NCBI GenBank assembly: GCA_036565605.1
Contig: DATCXV010000028.1
Coordinates: 1 to 53,589 of the forward strand
Reading direction: 5' to 3'
DNA length: 53,589 nt
Origin: Minisyncoccota bacterium
GTDB lineage: Bacteria; Patescibacteriota; Minisyncoccia; Phycocordibacterales; UBA6065
The notes under the pieces were generated by a model that ran no database searches, was not told the DNA's origin, and was given only the letters and a program-made list of their open reading frames with translations. A program made the translations under genes and the position numbers. Below, one piece after another: positions 51,601-53,589 of the stretch. Positions within the stretch are counted from its first letter, which is position 1; every line of letters begins with the position of its first letter.

Positions 51601-53589
51601 CAGGGCAATGGATTGTTCTCGGGCAATGTTTCGGCGTCGAATATTACTGCAACCGGAACGATCACGGCAAACAATTTGGCTGTCGGAGGTTCGGTCGCGT
51701 ACACAGGTACTGGTACGACGACGTTTGCGGGTGACATTTTGGCTCGCGGCATAAGCGCATGGAAATACTTGGAAGCTCCGTTCATCCAGGCAACGTCATC
51801 GACGGCAACTTCAACTTTTGCTGGCAATATGAGCTTGGGCGGAAATTTGGAAATGACGGGCGCCGACAAATCTATTTCGCTTCGAAACGGTGCAATTAAT
51901 ATTTTGGATATCTCTGGCAATACTCGTTACGAGGCGAACGGATATGTGGGAGTCAAGTTCGATAAAGATAACAGTGGAGCGGTATCGGATGGCTTCTATG
52001 TTCAGGATGGATCGGGCAGCACTCATTTCATCGTCAATAACAGCGGCAACGTTGGCATTGGTACATCATCGCCGGTCGACAAGCTCAACATCAAGACTGC
52101 AGACAATTCGTACGGTCTTGGCATAGTTTCAACCGGAGTCGATGGAACATATAACGGCATTCGTTTCGGTTATGACAATGCAAGCAATGGCACATTCTTC
52201 CTGGGTAATATCCAGGCAATTAAGGAAGCAGGTGGTGGAGGCGATCTCGTCCTTAACTCGGCTTCGTCGTTTGCGACATACAACACAAATCAGCTCGTAC
52301 TCTCGCGTGCTGGTAATGTTGGTGTTGGCACCTCTTCGCCGTCGCAAGCTTTGTCGGTACAAGGTAATGGATTGTTCTCGGGTAATATTTTGGCGGCGAA
52401 TGTTACTGCAACGGGTACGCTTAATACCAATTTCATAAGCAGCACGAATGCACCTCTGACAATCATGAGGAACAACGGCACCGCGAATGCTGCGATTTCC
52501 TTGAGTGACACGACAGGTGCTGCAGGTGGCCGCATCACTACCGCGGGATCGAATTCTCTTGTCTTCGCAAGTTACAACGGTGGTACCGAATATGCACGCT
52601 TCACAAGCTCGGGTAGTTTGGGCATCGGTACAACGACCCCCATGTCGACGTTGGCGGTTGTTGGTCCAACAAGCGGCGCCTCGACTGCTATGACGCTCTC
52701 GAGAGGAGCCAATGGTAATTTCTGGAACTTTAATCTCGATAACAATAATTTCGGACTCTCGTATAACACCAGTACAGCTGGCCAAGAAAAGTTTGTAGTG
52801 ACGTCGGGAGGAAACGTAGGTGTCGGTACTACTACTCCTCAATACCTTCTCGATGTTGCGAACACAATTCGCTCTACTACGAACACTTCGGGTTCAGCTG
52901 CAAACTTGCGCTTGGAGAATTTCCAATCAGGTGGTGCCTTCGAATGGCGCGTTGGTGGTACAGCATCGAGCCTTGGTGCCGGAACCCTTGGTCTTACTAA
53001 TGGAGGTGGAAGCTCAACCTTCTTGGCTGTTAACTCGTCAGGTAACGTCGGAATCGGGACCACTTCGCCGTCGCAAAAACTTTCGGTTCAGGGAAGTGGT
53101 CTTTTCTTGAACGATGTGACTGCGGCGAATGTGGTCGCGATCGATCCGAATGCTACCTCGACATTTGCCGGAGGTATTACCGGACCAGGCAACTTCGGTG
53201 TACAGTCGTCATCGGGTCGTGTCGGTATTGGTACGGCTCCGGCAGCAGGCATTAGCCTGAGCGTAAAGCAGATTGGCAGCGATCAGCCGCTTTATGTCTA
53301 TGATTCAAGCAATAATGTTGTCGCACGCGTAACTAATAACGGTCATCTTGTCCTCCGGCCTAATTCTTCAACCGATACTGTAGATATCAACTCGAACGGT
53401 GCTTCGTATTTCAATGGCGGCAACGTCGGAATCGGAACAAACAATCCTATTGCCGCAAAGCTCTCGATTGACACCAACGTTGCGGCGAAATCAGCGTCTA
53501 TTAACATAACTAACTCTGCGGGCGGCGCTGGAAATACAACGGGACTTACATTTGGATCGGGTAATTACGGCTTCATTGATTTCGATCCG
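48655..53589 (+). CDS. Giant HTH-TM-fibre repeat protein, 3' end cut by window edge (at least 1645 codons); NOT in the supplied ORF track
   Basis: Translated frame 1 codon by codon from 48613 to 53589 and found no stop. N-terminal HTH, Pro/Ala/Val linker, one TM helix, beta-helix-like repeats, TNATTTNLF repeats, then GNVGIGTSSP-type repeats. Start is TTG 48655 or ATG 48706 (uncertain). Confidence 0.85.
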   Translation, partial: MNQDFDKIPAGDLKWLSMSEAASLTPYSAEYLSLLARRKKLSAKKIGKTWYTTKAVLDEYMKRQMIRTQVLQGGNLSALQMAEAPRETIKEVAEPEIAAPRPAVVSAAPVANHPETKHIRTYQHDLKTYLENLHAHKEAPSVLVPTVEKKAVPAIELAVPVKALSSFVPNVPKPIVAPVVAVKPVAQAPVQNLDAIALTLAEISKKLESLQASRAAEPVQAVSRSGFVRNNPFVTASRIAFSKKPLAFVTIVTVLFFTIFPTPFVYGFVDKIYTAVKKSVFDASTVMGFRPGTHENEILLLDKEGNVSIMGHIETEGQFRSYAKDGIAPIVVDSKTEVKNLNAEFVGGVPASGFTLAYVTKNGAVTTDDVFFEGSVEVGKTLLVKGATKLLSSVQVDGDIAVFGDAHFNRSLHVNGPAYLDAIVNTGTASLGNVSVSRNISVRGSIDVGQAVVARSGSFRRLSTGDFEATGEIALGNPSDTITIDAKNLSITDDGGATFHAGVSVADDLSVGGTITASALSVGSLSVSSILANGVTLGDLIASSTIAEFSTTTNATTTNLFAQSLSSLFADIASLVADDISVGALTAERSTTTQSTSTSAFAENLSATNATTTNSYATRSYIESLIAESAIISSLVSSDATSTNATSTNLFAQSLRATGLSAGSASIDDATIASLQFTNATGTAATTTNLFSSFARITTGVIDSFSSTLSNISSLVADNIDVGALTVTNSTTTNATTTNLYSSVATIGGDTLVVDSSHNVGIGTSSPSQKLSIAGNAYIAGNTYTAGNGTTTGVIAVTGTGTSTFSGDVSVAGNLSFGSGTGNTIAINSAVASNLVPDTNIMRDIGSPSYYWRTGYFDTINVNSISAASTTIAGTASNDFTINSNNVSVDAEDSNLIFKRGAVTPNAVLGWSSVDKRFSFNQPLFIQNASNGTGVTLDIRGNSAQTGNLFQVSSSTGSMYLTVANNGNVGIGTSSPSQALSVQGNGLFSGNVSASNITATGTITANNLAVGGSVAYTGTGTTTFAGDILARGISAWKYLEAPFIQATSSTATSTFAGNMSLGGNLEMTGADKSISLRNGAINILDISGNTRYEANGYVGVKFDKDNSGAVSDGFYVQDGSGSTHFIVNNSGNVGIGTSSPVDKLNIKTADNSYGLGIVSTGVDGTYNGIRFGYDNASNGTFFLGNIQAIKEAGGGGDLVLNSASSFATYNTNQLVLSRAGNVGVGTSSPSQALSVQGNGLFSGNILAANVTATGTLNTNFISSTNAPLTIMRNNGTANAAISLSDTTGAAGGRITTAGSNSLVFASYNGGTEYARFTSSGSLGIGTTTPMSTLAVVGPTSGASTAMTLSRGANGNFWNFNLDNNNFGLSYNTSTAGQEKFVVTSGGNVGVGTTTPQYLLDVANTIRSTTNTSGSAANLRLENFQSGGAFEWRVGGTASSLGAGTLGLTNGGGSSTFLAVNSSGNVGIGTTSPSQKLSVQGSGLFLNDVTAANVVAIDPNATSTFAGGITGPGNFGVQSSSGRVGIGTAPAAGISLSVKQIGSDQPLYVYDSSNNVVARVTNNGHLVLRPNSSTDTVDINSNGASYFNGGNVGIGTNNPIAAKLSIDTNVAAKSASINITNSAGGAGNTTGLTFGSGNYGFIDFDP
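48691..48840 (+). other. Excisionase/MerR-like helix-turn-helix domain at the N-terminus of the giant ORF
   Basis: LKWLSMSEAASLTPYSAEYLSLLARRKKLSAKKIGKTWYTTKAVLDEYMK. Same layout as the stand-alone HTH protein at 47476-47730. Confidence 0.55.
49390..49461 (+). other. Single predicted transmembrane helix of the giant ORF
   Basis: LAFVTIVTVLFFTIFPTPFVYGFV, preceded by KK. Confidence 0.7.

Noticed and set aside
1-53589. Whole window as a phage, plasmid or other extrachromosomal element, given the tail-fibre-like genes at both ends.
   Set aside because: The interior is dominated by single-copy housekeeping genes (def, fmt, murA, frr, proS, lysS, greA, rplU, lepB, the dcw and mre operons). There are no capsid, terminase, replication-initiator or partition genes. 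The fibre-like proteins carry cellular features: a signal or TM anchor and an HTH prefix.

Overview
This 53.6-kb fragment appears to be chromosomal and uses the standard genetic code: TGA acts as a stop, for example at 10881 and 26968. Gene content and style suggest a small-genome, CPR/Patescibacteria-like bacterium. That lineage call is inference only.

The core is housekeeping. It includes def-fmt, a priA-like gene, murA, two mreB paralogs, mreC/mreD/PBP2, frr, rseP, proS, greA, lysS, mraZ-rsmH-ftsL-ftsI-murF, rmuC, rplU, lepB, hpf, two ECF-type sigma factors, tRNA-Asn(GTT) and tRNA-Glu(CTC).

Both window edges cut through giant fibre-like proteins built from GNVGIGTTSP-type repeats. The 3' one (48655 to the last base, more than 1640 codons) is absent from the supplied ORF track because it has no stop in the window. 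It starts with an HTH domain plus one TM helix.

Other notable points:
- A 1314-aa secreted protein made of seven two-cysteine repeat domains.
- A low-GC islet next to tRNA-Asn, bounded by a 16-nt direct repeat of the tRNA 3' end.
- A PriA homolog whose ATPase motifs look degenerate.
- A low-GC SAHH-fold orphan.
- Two structured intergenic RNA candidates.
- A recurrent architecture in which a (TGn)TATAnT -10 box sits 6-9 nt from the start codon, implying leaderless mRNAs.

All product calls rest on motif recognition by eye. No database search was run.
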